64,000 nt of DNA. It comes from a virus. Made by a program: the position numbers and the translations under genes. The notes beneath the pieces were generated by a model, which worked only from the letters and a program-made list of their open reading frames with translations, did no database searches and had not been told where the DNA came from. Positions 36,067 through 45,831 of the stretch are shown here, in pieces. Positions within the stretch are counted from its first letter, which is position 1. Each line of letters starts with the position of its first letter. The stretch spans positions 1 through 64,000 of IMG/VR virus record IMGVR_UViG_3300020048_000052; one strand, written 5' to 3'.

Positions 36067-36510
36067 TTATTTGGGACGTTTCCACTTACCTTTGACTTTT
36101 GAATAGCCTCTTTGCAATTGTTTCCACGTTCCTTCAATTTTAACCCAACCGTCTTGTACAAATATCCATAAGTCTTCAATTTTTATTCTAAGTTTAAGCC
36201 TTCCAGAAGATAAGTCTGCACCTACATAGTTTAAATCTACAAAACTTCCATTATCTACTGTAACTTCAATTCTTGCCATATTTTCAACAAACGGCACTTC
36301 ATAGAAAGTATATCTGTTACCGACTGTTTCAGATACTGGTATTGTTTCTGAAAAGATTTCAGCATCTGAAGAATTTTTAAGCGTTACAGTATAAGACGAA
36401 GGGGCATTTGAAGACGTTGCAAAAACTCCCGATAAAACTGTACTTCTTGCTAAAGCAAAACTTATGGGATATTCATTTGACATTGTAAAAACTTTAATAT
36501 TCATTTTCAA
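36067..36510 (-). CDS. Tail-associated hypothetical protein
   Basis: C-terminal WVKIEGTWK...KVKGKWK motif typical of tail fibre ends. Confidence 0.55.
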   Translation of the reverse strand: MKMNIKVFTMSNEYPISFALARSTVLSGVFATSSNAPSSYTVTLKNSSDAEIFSETIPVSETVGNRYTFYEVPFVENMARIEVTVDNGSFVDLNYVGADLSSGRLKLRIKIEDLWIFVQDGWVKIEGTWKQLQRGYSKVKGKWKRPK

Positions 36511-36518
36511 ACACCTCC

Positions 36519-39500
36519 TTATGGTCTTACTTTCATAACTACTAATGCAGATGCTTTTGGAACTGTTACTGTCCCAGTGTAAGCATTCCCTTTAAGGTCA
36601 TACCATATTCCTTCTGGCAATGTATAGCTTCTACCAGAAGATGTAGAAGCGTTTGCCAGTGCGATGCAGTTATCAAATTCTCTGCTGAATAGGTAGTTAT
36701 TCCATACATAGTCTGATTTCGGTTCGCCTAAGCGAATCCTCATTTCAGGAAGCATCTGAATATGGAATACTTCTCCATACCTTACTGCTTCGTCTTCATC
36801 TTCTCCGTACTCTGTTAACTGATGCATTGTCATATAAGCATTTGGGAACCATCCCATTAAGAACAATGCGAAGTTCATCATCCTTATATCCCAGTTTTGT
36901 GGGGTTCCTCTTGCCAAACAAACAATAAACTTGCCGTGGTCCCTACAATATCTCATCAATTCTATAATACCACGAACCATCCACATGTTGTTTGTAAGCT
37001 GGTTGATTGAACTTTCTGCTGTCATTCCAACTTGGTCATCCCAACCTGTAAAGTTTTCAATTAAGAATCCATCAAACGGATAAATCAATGCCATATCTGC
37101 CGGTGAGTATTTGCCTGAATTAGGGTCGATATCTCCGTTTGTAAGCCTTTTGGGAGAACCATCTGAACTATAGTTTGCATCAACTGAAGCACCATAGTTA
37201 CAACATAGATATTTACCTTTTAGTCTACATTTAAACCCAAGATATTTAAGCGTCCTTGCCTGTGCATATTGTCTATCCATAAAGCTTAAATAGTTGAGCA
37301 ATGGTGTTTTCTTAAAGCTGAAGTCAAATCCTGCAGATGTCTTATATTCTTCTCCCCAAAAGTCATCCAAATAAATCCCATCTACATACGGTTTCATTAT
37401 GAACATTATTCTGTCCATATACCATTGGAACATTTCCTTTTCCCTCCAATTGTACAACCTTCTATAGTCAGGAGCTCCGAATGGAGATTTATAACCCTCA
37501 AGGCTTAAAGAATACCACCATTTTCTGTTTCTGAAAATATAAGCTTGTGCACGCTCTACCGGTGATGCATACATTTCGTTCTTATCTGCAACATAGTCGA
37601 AATATTCAGAAAAATTGCAATAGTAATATGGGAACGTATCAAATAGTTCTTGCATTCTACTTAAATATCCAGAATCTAAAGTTGAAATACTCATTGGAGT
37701 GTCCATTGTCTGTTCTTTGTTAAACTCAGGAGACCTAAATACTGTCCATCCTTGTACTTGGTCACCTTCATGCCTGAAGTCCTTGAATCTTTTCTTATAA
37801 ATAACTTCAAGATATAGTTTATCAGAAAATAAATCATCAAAACCAACAATCTCTCTGAATGACTTAAACTGTGTTATCAGAGGCATTACTTCTATTTCTT
37901 TTGTAGCAGTTACGCTTCCATATGTCGCAGTTAGTTTTACTATACCAGCAAACACCTTAGGAATAAACAAAGCCCTTGCATATCCTAAAACATTAGTGCT
38001 GCTAATTTCGATCTCTCCTGCTGGGTCATTGGAAGTCAATTGAATTGTTTGTGCTCCTATTGCTACATTTTCGTCACCTTTTTTAAGTTTAAGCGTAATT
38101 GGTATATATCCCTGACTAACCGTAAAAGTATCTTGACAAACTATTTCAATATCATCAGGGTCCTCAACTACTTCACTTGAAATTTCAGTACAAGTGATAC
38201 TTCTTATATAAAGGTCTGCTGCCGTGCATCCCCAGTTTGAAGATATAGTACATTTCAACGAGCATTTGAATATATAGTCTGTAACATTATCAACAACTTT
38301 TGGATTAACAGTAAATTTTAATGTAGTCCAATCAGTGTAGTTTAAACTACCTTTTGGGAAAGCTGCTTCGCTAAGCGCTTCTAGATATATTGCAATCCTT
38401 TCAAACGGCCAATCTGCATTGCTATTATCTTTGAATTGACCATTCGGACTAGAGAAGAATACATCGTTAAATCTTAAAGCGGCAGCATCTGCAAGCGTAC
38501 TCGTTAATGTACCTTTGAGCGTTATTGCAACTTCAATTGGGTTTTTAGTTTTTGGTATTTCAAATTCTTGGCAAAGCTGTGCAGTGCCATTGCCCGCATG
38601 TACAAAGTGGGCGCATTTTACACCATCTTTTGTTTCTGCAGTTATTGCCGTATTTCCAACAGGAGTTGGCATCGTAGTATACCATGCTGAAATTCCATCT
38701 GCAAATTCAGGATTTGTTGCTCTCTGTAACGAATTACCTGAAACGAATAATTCTGGAGCAAACATTCTAAATTCGCTTGTAGCACCAGCAGCCGGATGAA
38801 TACGAACCATCAGTTTAGGATAAGGTTTTCCTGCAAAGGCTGGATATTGAACTGGGTCATAAGTACAGTATTCCATGAATGGAGACGTAGGTAATACATA
38901 TTCATGCTCGTTTGTATCTGAAGCTTTTACAGTAAAATCATTAAGACTCTGTATTGGAGCTCCATCTTCAAAACACATTATTACTCTTACAAGCATGTCT
39001 GCTGTTGTACTACTGCATTTATACTTAAATTTCAATCTCAATTGGTCGCCTGCAGTGATTTTCATAATAGGTAGGTCAATATACCATTTTTCTTTAGCTG
39101 TATTTGTATCAACTATTCTCCATGCATTGCCATTGGTAGAATCTAAAACCATTGATGAAGTCACATTTGCCAATCCTGTTTCGTTTGGCATGTTTGACAT
39201 TTTGAAGCCCGAAGGATAATTCGCACCCTGGTCTATTATACTCATATCCCCATTTTCAAGAAACTCTGGAATCTCTAGAACTGGGTCTAGCGGTATAATT
39301 TCGAATGCCGATACCTTATATTCAATGCCTGCACCAAAACTCAAATCTACGTTGACTGACAGGGCTTCTTCCTGTATTTGGATTTTAAAGCTTATTGTTT
39401 TATATTCAGTGCCTATTGAAATTCCATGATTATTTATTCCCCAACGCTCTTTATCATGCTTGTTTCTTACACCAAATGTAATATTTACATAACCACCAGA

Positions 39501-42500
39501 AGCGAGAGCTTTAGCGGTGAGATTAACTTGGTATTGCATACCACCTTTTATACCTATGCGAGAATAATAAAGTCTTGCCTGTGTGTTTCCACCATTCTTA
39601 AAATGTATTATATTTTTTTCAACATCTAAAACAGTATCTCTTTCGACAGACCAAGGTACGTTAGCCGGTGGTGAAGGGAATATTTCAGTGTAAGCTGGAT
39701 ATACTTGGTCTCCTAATAAACTACATCTGAAGTCTCCATTTGGGACTATATTCGGATATAGGTTAGGGTCGCTTTCCCATAAAATTAATTGTCTGTCAGC
39801 ATCTGGAAATTGTGGTTCTGAGTCGAATATCTTTACTGGATTCATCTCTCCATAGTACTTTTCGCATATCAAATCATATAGCAGCATTGAGTGAGGTAGT
39901 TCGTCTTCTTCATGTGCTATATAAATAAATAGTGTAGTACCTACAACGTTGAAAAACTTTGGTACGGCAGTAGGAGTTATTTGACTACGTATTGCAAGGT
40001 TATCAAAGAATATTAGTTTTTTAGTAGTATCATTAAATACTACATATTTATCAAATACCTTAGAAAAACCTATTAAAGAACCAGCAATTCCAGAAGGAAT
40101 ATTAAACTGGCTAGTCACAGCTCCAGTCATATTTATTTTTGTTATAGAATTACCTCTTAATATTGCAAATCCATTATCTTCTTTTACAATTCCTAAGATA
40201 TTTGTAAAGACTGTACCTGCAATACTTATTACAGAACCATCAGACAGCTTAACTATTTTACCCTGGTCTGTTACATAATAGGCTTCATCACTATCATTAC
40301 ACCAGCCTTTTACATCACCAAGTTCTGAATTACCAATTTGATATACTTCAGCTAATTGATATTCATCATGATAAAACAGTTTTGTTCCTGCCGACATATA
40401 AAACATTTTTTTGTTTGGCAGATAAATACCGCCATTCATTTCTTTCTTCGTAGTATCAACGCTTTTGAAAATGCTTAGCTTTGTATAATCATATCTTGAT
40501 ACCCAGTCTTTAAATAAGTCATCAAAATATAAAACCCCATCGTTCAGCATATATACTAAAGCAGTATTTGAAGTTGGTGGTTTTCCCTGCTGAGTGTTTG
40601 CAATATGCCCATCATCATAATAAACATATCCCATTTCTCTAAGCTCTTCTGTAGTGATTTCGTCTAATAAGCAATTATCTCCCCAAATAGGATAATTCAT
40701 TTTCATTACATAATAGAATGAAGATTCTAAGAAGAACCAATCTCTACCAACTGTGTTTTGTAACTGACTCCAAGGCGTAGCCTCTTCTGTTACATAAATT
40801 CTATAACCAACAGCACCTTCACTTGGTGTAATTTCTATTGGTACTTTGCACTGAGGTGGTTTAATGACACCTGATACTTTCACACCGTTTACGCCTTCAG
40901 CTTTACCTACAATAATATTTGATTTAGTAGTTTCACCTTGAGCATTATAGGCTGTTACACAATAATATCTCCTACCCATATGCTGAGCAGAAAAATTTGC
41001 ACCAGTTTCTTTCCAAGTATGGATATGCGAAAGATGTGGTGGTTTTAAGTATGGCAGCATCATAATTCCATTGTATTTGACCATTACAGAATCAGTATCA
41101 GAACCTACATCATATGCATTGCTTTCAAAATCTCCTTGTGTAAAAGGTACTGTTTCATACACTTTTACAGTAGATAATCTTCTGCAAAGTTTTGGAGAAA
41201 TATCTTTTATATTACCATCAGTGATATAAACAATTCCCTCGTATGGGTCATCTTCATGCATTAGCTGTTCTTCTGTAAATTTTTTGAAAAAGTCAGCTTT
41301 AACTTTGCTTATTCCCATTGGTTCTGGTAAGCCAACAACTCTTGTATGGTCTGCTCTAGCCATCTGACTAATAGTTATTTCTTCTTCAGTACCATTAACT
41401 GCATTTATGTCGCCATCTGTTATCCCTAAGTCAGCAGCAGTAAGAGCCAATTTACCTATTGTAAGGTTTCCAGTAGTACCGGTATTTTCAATACGAATGT
41501 CTACTGATTCAACTGGATAGCCTGCAATAAATTCTACTAGCTGTTCTTTCCATACTGTAGACTCTATTACATCCAATTGAATTTCTTTTAAAGATAGTAT
41601 ATTTTTAAACCTATCTCTAAGTTCAACAATAATCTTTCCTTGACATCCTAAAAGCGAGCGATAAGGTACTTTAAGCGTATACATATTCAAACTTGAATTT
41701 GTTACTATACCTCTTTGTTCAAAATAGCCTTCTGGCTTAACATCGACAGTGGCCAAGAAATTTACTACTGGTAGAGGCGTTGAGTATGTTGCCTTAGTTG
41801 CATTTTCCATTTCAAATCCAAGAACGTTTCCTTTAACATTAATATCTGAAATTGCAACGGCAAAATCTCCGTTTATAAGTAAATTGTCAGATACGACTGA
41901 ATCATCTTTTACAATCTGCAATTGTTCTAGTTTTAATCCAGTAATAAATAACTGTCCAGTAGATGCGCCTCTTACTAGCATATGGACAAATCCATATAAG
42001 AAAGGATATTCTGCAGTTATAATCTGAGAAGCCTCTCTCCAGGGTGATGATGTTGATGCTGTGTCCATAAATAGATAAGTACCACCAGAGTTTGTTTCAG
42101 ACCAGTTATTGTCTAAAATAGCAGCACTATATCCCTGGAAATTAACCTGCGGAGTAACAGAAAAACCAACTGTTTTATAGAAGAAAGATATCTTCATATA
42201 ATGTTTATTCGTTTGATTAAGCTCAAAACATTGAGTTAAACCATAGTTCTGAGGCATATCAGAAGGCGGTGTCCCTTGCCTTACTTTGGGGTCTGTAGCA
42301 TCGAGTTTAACCAATTTGTATGGGGTTATATTATAGTATATTGGATTGTCTGTCAATGAAGCTAATTGAGCTTTGTCTTGGTCAGTAGGGTCAATCCATT
42401 GACCTCCGGCATCCAAAAATCCTTGATAATTTTCTTTAGGGTCGTTGCCAACTATCGAAACCCAATTACTACCATCATACTTATATAATGTATCATTTTC

Positions 42501-43805
42501 TTGGACTTTTACCTGTTTGACTCCGATTGAAGCTGCTAAGGCATTTCTTTCTGCAATTGTATTTACATTAACAATTGCAATTGCATAACCTGGCCATTCT
42601 GGTCCTCCGCAATACCACCAATCATCAGGGGCAAGGCCTCCACCTCCGGGCCTGATAAATCTATGAGAATCAGTTGGTGCTCCATATCCTGTTTGAAATT
42701 CACTACCAACAACTGATATATTCCCTTCTGTGCTTTTCATAAACAATGGGTCATCTATGAATTGAGGATATAAGTCTGTCGCATCATCTGAAAAAGTATT
42801 TTTTTCAATATCGTTCAGAAATACAACGTGCTCCCCTTTTGTTATGTCCCAAACAGGATTTCCTTCTAACCATATAAGCTTAATTATAACGTCTCCAAAG
42901 TCATTTGTATAAGCAGTTCTAAACTGTCTACCACTACTTTGATATGGAGTAACATCGACTATATGCCAAGAAGGCGGTTCTAATTTAGGATTTGGCGAAG
43001 GTAAGTAGTGATTTATGTCTGGGTCACTAGCACCATAATTTGGAGAAGATGCGCCATAACCAACAAAATTAAGCATATAACTGCTATAATACCCTATTGC
43101 AAATAACCTGTTTTTGTCTTCAAGGCTTTTATCAATAGTATCAACTGCCAAAGGCCTAACTTTGTATTGGTCATAATAAGTCTTATTTGAATATTCTTCT
43201 CTATTAAATTGAAGATATTTTACTGCTTCAAAAATTCTATTACCTGTTGCGAATTTTTGAGTGCCTTCTTCATTATAGGTAAATAGACTTTCGAATAAGA
43301 TAAAATCGTCTTGATTTAAAACTGGAATTTCTCCAGAATCATTTGCATGGAAGTCTCCATCAACATAGGCTTCTTTTCCGAATACGTGTTCTTGGCTCCA
43401 AGCATTTACAATTACCGGTAAATTGAGGTTCTTACAGTATGATACTATTTGATTCTGTAAACTTCTTGATACATGATAATCATATCCAAATTCATCAAGA
43501 AATATACCGTCAGCACCAGTAACAACCCACTCATCTGCATAATCTTGCATCGTGGAAATGTCTAATTTTGATGGACTTAATTGTCCAACTGGAATGTATC
43601 CGAAAAACTTTGTGACTACATTAATTGTTTTAGTAGCAGCTATAATAGCTGTTGTATTAGCATAGTCAGGATGTGCAGGATGCTCTAATCCATCGCCTAT
43701 AATGACTATATCATAATTTGAAAATTTTTCTGCAGCGGCTTCTACATCAAACAAACCATTGATTGCACTAAGCCAGCCGTAATAGACTAAAACTCTTTTA
43801 AGCAT
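36519..43805 (-). CDS. Giant (2428 aa) receptor-binding / depolymerase protein with two glycoside-hydrolase-like TIM barrels and several CBM/Ig-like modules
   Basis: N-terminal GADGIFLDEFGYD...FES; C-terminal VDGIYLDDF...FDGFLIENF...SREFDN; repeated N-x-x-NGDF/NPEF CBM4/9-like starts; located in the tail module. Confidence 0.72.
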   Translation of the reverse strand: MLKRVLVYYGWLSAINGLFDVEAAAEKFSNYDIVIIGDGLEHPAHPDYANTTAIIAATKTINVVTKFFGYIPVGQLSPSKLDISTMQDYADEWVVTGADGIFLDEFGYDYHVSRSLQNQIVSYCKNLNLPVIVNAWSQEHVFGKEAYVDGDFHANDSGEIPVLNQDDFILFESLFTYNEEGTQKFATGNRIFEAVKYLQFNREEYSNKTYYDQYKVRPLAVDTIDKSLEDKNRLFAIGYYSSYMLNFVGYGASSPNYGASDPDINHYLPSPNPKLEPPSWHIVDVTPYQSSGRQFRTAYTNDFGDVIIKLIWLEGNPVWDITKGEHVVFLNDIEKNTFSDDATDLYPQFIDDPLFMKSTEGNISVVGSEFQTGYGAPTDSHRFIRPGGGGLAPDDWWYCGGPEWPGYAIAIVNVNTIAERNALAASIGVKQVKVQENDTLYKYDGSNWVSIVGNDPKENYQGFLDAGGQWIDPTDQDKAQLASLTDNPIYYNITPYKLVKLDATDPKVRQGTPPSDMPQNYGLTQCFELNQTNKHYMKISFFYKTVGFSVTPQVNFQGYSAAILDNNWSETNSGGTYLFMDTASTSSPWREASQIITAEYPFLYGFVHMLVRGASTGQLFITGLKLEQLQIVKDDSVVSDNLLINGDFAVAISDINVKGNVLGFEMENATKATYSTPLPVVNFLATVDVKPEGYFEQRGIVTNSSLNMYTLKVPYRSLLGCQGKIIVELRDRFKNILSLKEIQLDVIESTVWKEQLVEFIAGYPVESVDIRIENTGTTGNLTIGKLALTAADLGITDGDINAVNGTEEEITISQMARADHTRVVGLPEPMGISKVKADFFKKFTEEQLMHEDDPYEGIVYITDGNIKDISPKLCRRLSTVKVYETVPFTQGDFESNAYDVGSDTDSVMVKYNGIMMLPYLKPPHLSHIHTWKETGANFSAQHMGRRYYCVTAYNAQGETTKSNIIVGKAEGVNGVKVSGVIKPPQCKVPIEITPSEGAVGYRIYVTEEATPWSQLQNTVGRDWFFLESSFYYVMKMNYPIWGDNCLLDEITTEELREMGYVYYDDGHIANTQQGKPPTSNTALVYMLNDGVLYFDDLFKDWVSRYDYTKLSIFKSVDTTKKEMNGGIYLPNKKMFYMSAGTKLFYHDEYQLAEVYQIGNSELGDVKGWCNDSDEAYYVTDQGKIVKLSDGSVISIAGTVFTNILGIVKEDNGFAILRGNSITKINMTGAVTSQFNIPSGIAGSLIGFSKVFDKYVVFNDTTKKLIFFDNLAIRSQITPTAVPKFFNVVGTTLFIYIAHEEDELPHSMLLYDLICEKYYGEMNPVKIFDSEPQFPDADRQLILWESDPNLYPNIVPNGDFRCSLLGDQVYPAYTEIFPSPPANVPWSVERDTVLDVEKNIIHFKNGGNTQARLYYSRIGIKGGMQYQVNLTAKALASGGYVNITFGVRNKHDKERWGINNHGISIGTEYKTISFKIQIQEEALSVNVDLSFGAGIEYKVSAFEIIPLDPVLEIPEFLENGDMSIIDQGANYPSGFKMSNMPNETGLANVTSSMVLDSTNGNAWRIVDTNTAKEKWYIDLPIMKITAGDQLRLKFKYKCSSTTADMLVRVIMCFEDGAPIQSLNDFTVKASDTNEHEYVLPTSPFMEYCTYDPVQYPAFAGKPYPKLMVRIHPAAGATSEFRMFAPELFVSGNSLQRATNPEFADGISAWYTTMPTPVGNTAITAETKDGVKCAHFVHAGNGTAQLCQEFEIPKTKNPIEVAITLKGTLTSTLADAAALRFNDVFFSSPNGQFKDNSNADWPFERIAIYLEALSEAAFPKGSLNYTDWTTLKFTVNPKVVDNVTDYIFKCSLKCTISSNWGCTAADLYIRSITCTEISSEVVEDPDDIEIVCQDTFTVSQGYIPITLKLKKGDENVAIGAQTIQLTSNDPAGEIEISSTNVLGYARALFIPKVFAGIVKLTATYGSVTATKEIEVMPLITQFKSFREIVGFDDLFSDKLYLEVIYKKRFKDFRHEGDQVQGWTVFRSPEFNKEQTMDTPMSISTLDSGYLSRMQELFDTFPYYYCNFSEYFDYVADKNEMYASPVERAQAYIFRNRKWWYSLSLEGYKSPFGAPDYRRLYNWREKEMFQWYMDRIMFIMKPYVDGIYLDDFWGEEYKTSAGFDFSFKKTPLLNYLSFMDRQYAQARTLKYLGFKCRLKGKYLCCNYGASVDANYSSDGSPKRLTNGDIDPNSGKYSPADMALIYPFDGFLIENFTGWDDQVGMTAESSINQLTNNMWMVRGIIELMRYCRDHGKFIVCLARGTPQNWDIRMMNFALFLMGWFPNAYMTMHQLTEYGEDEDEAVRYGEVFHIQMLPEMRIRLGEPKSDYVWNNYLFSREFDNCIALANASTSSGRSYTLPEGIWYDLKGNAYTGTVTVPKASALVVMKVRP

Positions 43806-43816
43806 TCTTGCACCTC

Positions 43817-44512
43817 CTATTCTGCTGCATATTTAAACCAAATATCTCCATTCTGCCCATCTTCTTCAGTAGGGTCAGCCGTAGATACTATAATGTTTCT
43901 TACTTGGCGTGTCGCATATTGATTATTAGAATTGGCAGTTAAAGGTCCTTCCATAGTACCACCGCTCTTATCAAGTTTGCCGCCTATTCCAGAAACTTTC
44001 TGTTCGAACTCTCCATCCGTTATAGTTCCAAGCAATAGATATTGATGGTCTTCCTCACCGGTAGTTTTTGTGATATTGAATGCAGTTACAAACCTTCTTG
44101 TAGTTTCTTCCAAAGCTCTTTGGTCGAGAATTTCGTTTGGAACAGTGTCTTCTGTCTGCTCATTACCAAATCTCTTTAAAGCATCTTCGAAAGTAACTTC
44201 CTTTGTCCACATATCAAGATAAATATCTTCGCCCTCATCGGCTTCTATAGTCAATGTTGTAATTTGAAGAATTTCACCATCAATAACGGCTACTTCATCT
44301 CGAATAGTAAACACTCCTGCATTATATTCAGTAGTACCAAGATTGAAAATACCATCAGTCAAATAGTTTTTAAAGATGGTTTTGACTTTATTCTGAAATA
44401 TTTTTTGCATTTCATTTAATTCAGTTTCAAGAACAAAACCATCTCCACTAAAACGAATAGAGGAAAAACCGGCTTCAGGGTTGAATTTGTCGTTTTGGCT
44501 AAAATCTGCCAT
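43817..44512 (-). CDS. Baseplate/tail-fibre attachment protein
   Basis: VLETELNEMQ motif; KLDKSGGTMEGPL; GQNGDIWFKY. Confidence 0.6.
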   Translation of the reverse strand: MADFSQNDKFNPEAGFSSIRFSGDGFVLETELNEMQKIFQNKVKTIFKNYLTDGIFNLGTTEYNAGVFTIRDEVAVIDGEILQITTLTIEADEGEDIYLDMWTKEVTFEDALKRFGNEQTEDTVPNEILDQRALEETTRRFVTAFNITKTTGEEDHQYLLLGTITDGEFEQKVSGIGGKLDKSGGTMEGPLTANSNNQYATRQVRNIIVSTADPTEEDGQNGDIWFKYAAE

Positions 44513-44530
44513 GTTATTCCTCTCCTTTCA

Positions 44531-45058
44531 TTAATTATTGAAAGTAAATCTGATTTGTCTTTCAATCTCCATGCTGCTTGTTTTAACAATCAAACCGTGT
44601 GTCTTATGGTTTAAGCAAATGCCAGTATCTGCCGAAGCAGTAGCATTACTACCACCAATGATAGAAAATTCTCTCCAGTTACCGTTACATTCGTCATATG
44701 TGAATGTTAATGTAATCAAGATTCTGTTTGTGATTGAGGCAGTAGGGTTACCGCTTCCATCAACATATTGGAATGCACCAGAAGTTAATGCTTTTCTGCC
44801 AATCTCTGTTACGAGTTCAACATCAGAAGCAGTAGCAGCTGGAGGATTTACATCATCCCAATCGCTTAAACCGCTACCAATTGCCCAGTATTTGATACCG
44901 GCATCGCCTTTCAAAGCGCATGCGATTGCTCTAATGATATCATCTACGATAAGGTTTTTATTCCAATCAGTAGTTTCGACTTTTCCGTCTTTATGACGAA
45001 TAATATCTCTGAATTCGCCGACCATTAAATTTCTTACATTACTCATTTTGTCATTCAT
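44531..45058 (-). CDS. Tail fibre/baseplate wedge protein
   Basis: NLIV...YWAIGSG...ELVTEIGRK...ECNGNWREFSI. Confidence 0.65.
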   Translation of the reverse strand: MNDKMSNVRNLMVGEFRDIIRHKDGKVETTDWNKNLIVDDIIRAIACALKGDAGIKYWAIGSGLSDWDDVNPPAATASDVELVTEIGRKALTSGAFQYVDGSGNPTASITNRILITLTFTYDECNGNWREFSIIGGSNATASADTGICLNHKTHGLIVKTSSMEIERQIRFTFNN

Positions 45059-45125
45059 TATAAAATACCTCCTTATTTAATTTGTTTTAATATTAAACCA
45101 TGCTTATTACGTTTCTTAGCCTTTA

Positions 45126-45143
45126 CTAGACCCTGCTAGAATT
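45126..45143 (+). repeat. Partial copy of the dispersed repeat core CTAGA(A)CCCTGCTAGA
   Basis: CTAGACCCTGCTAGAATT in an intergenic gap. Confidence 0.65.
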
Positions 45144-45188
45144 ACGAAATACCATATACCAATATAAACACATGTATAGGTATTTGCC

Positions 45189-45692
45189 TTAGGTTAGACT
45201 GATTTCTACAGTTAATACCCAAGTTGAACCTGAAGCTTTTGTTCCCATTGATTCTACTTTACGATTAAGATTGATAACCGTAGAAGTATCTCCAGCAGTA
45301 CCATTGCCGTTTGCCACTGACCACTCGTTCCAAGCAAAATTGGCTTCAGATGAAGCAAATGTAGATTTGAACACTGCCTTTGCACTGGCACCTGACTGCG
45401 GATATGTTGCGTCCATAGCTTTATAGAACTTGTTTGAACCTTGTAATCCAGTTTGCGTTCTTACAGCTGCAGTTGAGCTATCACCTACGCCAATAAAGGC
45501 ATTGGCATTTGAGAATGCTGTTCCAGCTGCTCCACAAACAAGATTCCACAGCAAATTAATACCTTCATCAAGAAGGCTATTGCCGTCCATTTCCATAACC
45601 TCAAAAGGCTTATTTTCAATAAAGTCCTTGTCGTTATGAAATTTTTCAAGTTTTGATTTGACTGTCCACTTCTTTACACTATCAAGAGTCAT
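45189..45692 (-). CDS. Tail fibre/baseplate protein, similar to 44531-45058
   Basis: NSLL...IGVGD...TQTGL...EANFAWNE...GTK. Confidence 0.6.
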   Translation of the reverse strand: MTLDSVKKWTVKSKLEKFHNDKDFIENKPFEVMEMDGNSLLDEGINLLWNLVCGAAGTAFSNANAFIGVGDSSTAAVRTQTGLQGSNKFYKAMDATYPQSGASAKAVFKSTFASSEANFAWNEWSVANGNGTAGDTSTVINLNRKVESMGTKASGSTWVLTVEISLT

Positions 45693-45831
45693 TTTAATTA
45701 ACCTCCTTTTTGTTTATTTGATTTTCATCCTCAGAATTATATCTATCGATTAGTACCATTTTTTCATCATACTTATCAATAGACACATTCGTAGATACAG
45801 TTCCTTTTTCTTTGTCCATGATTTATCCTCC

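Noticed and set aside
45694-45819. 41-aa ORF (MDKEKGTVS...) with GGAGG RBS between tail genes
   Set aside because: Plausibly real but too short to support; not listed as a feature
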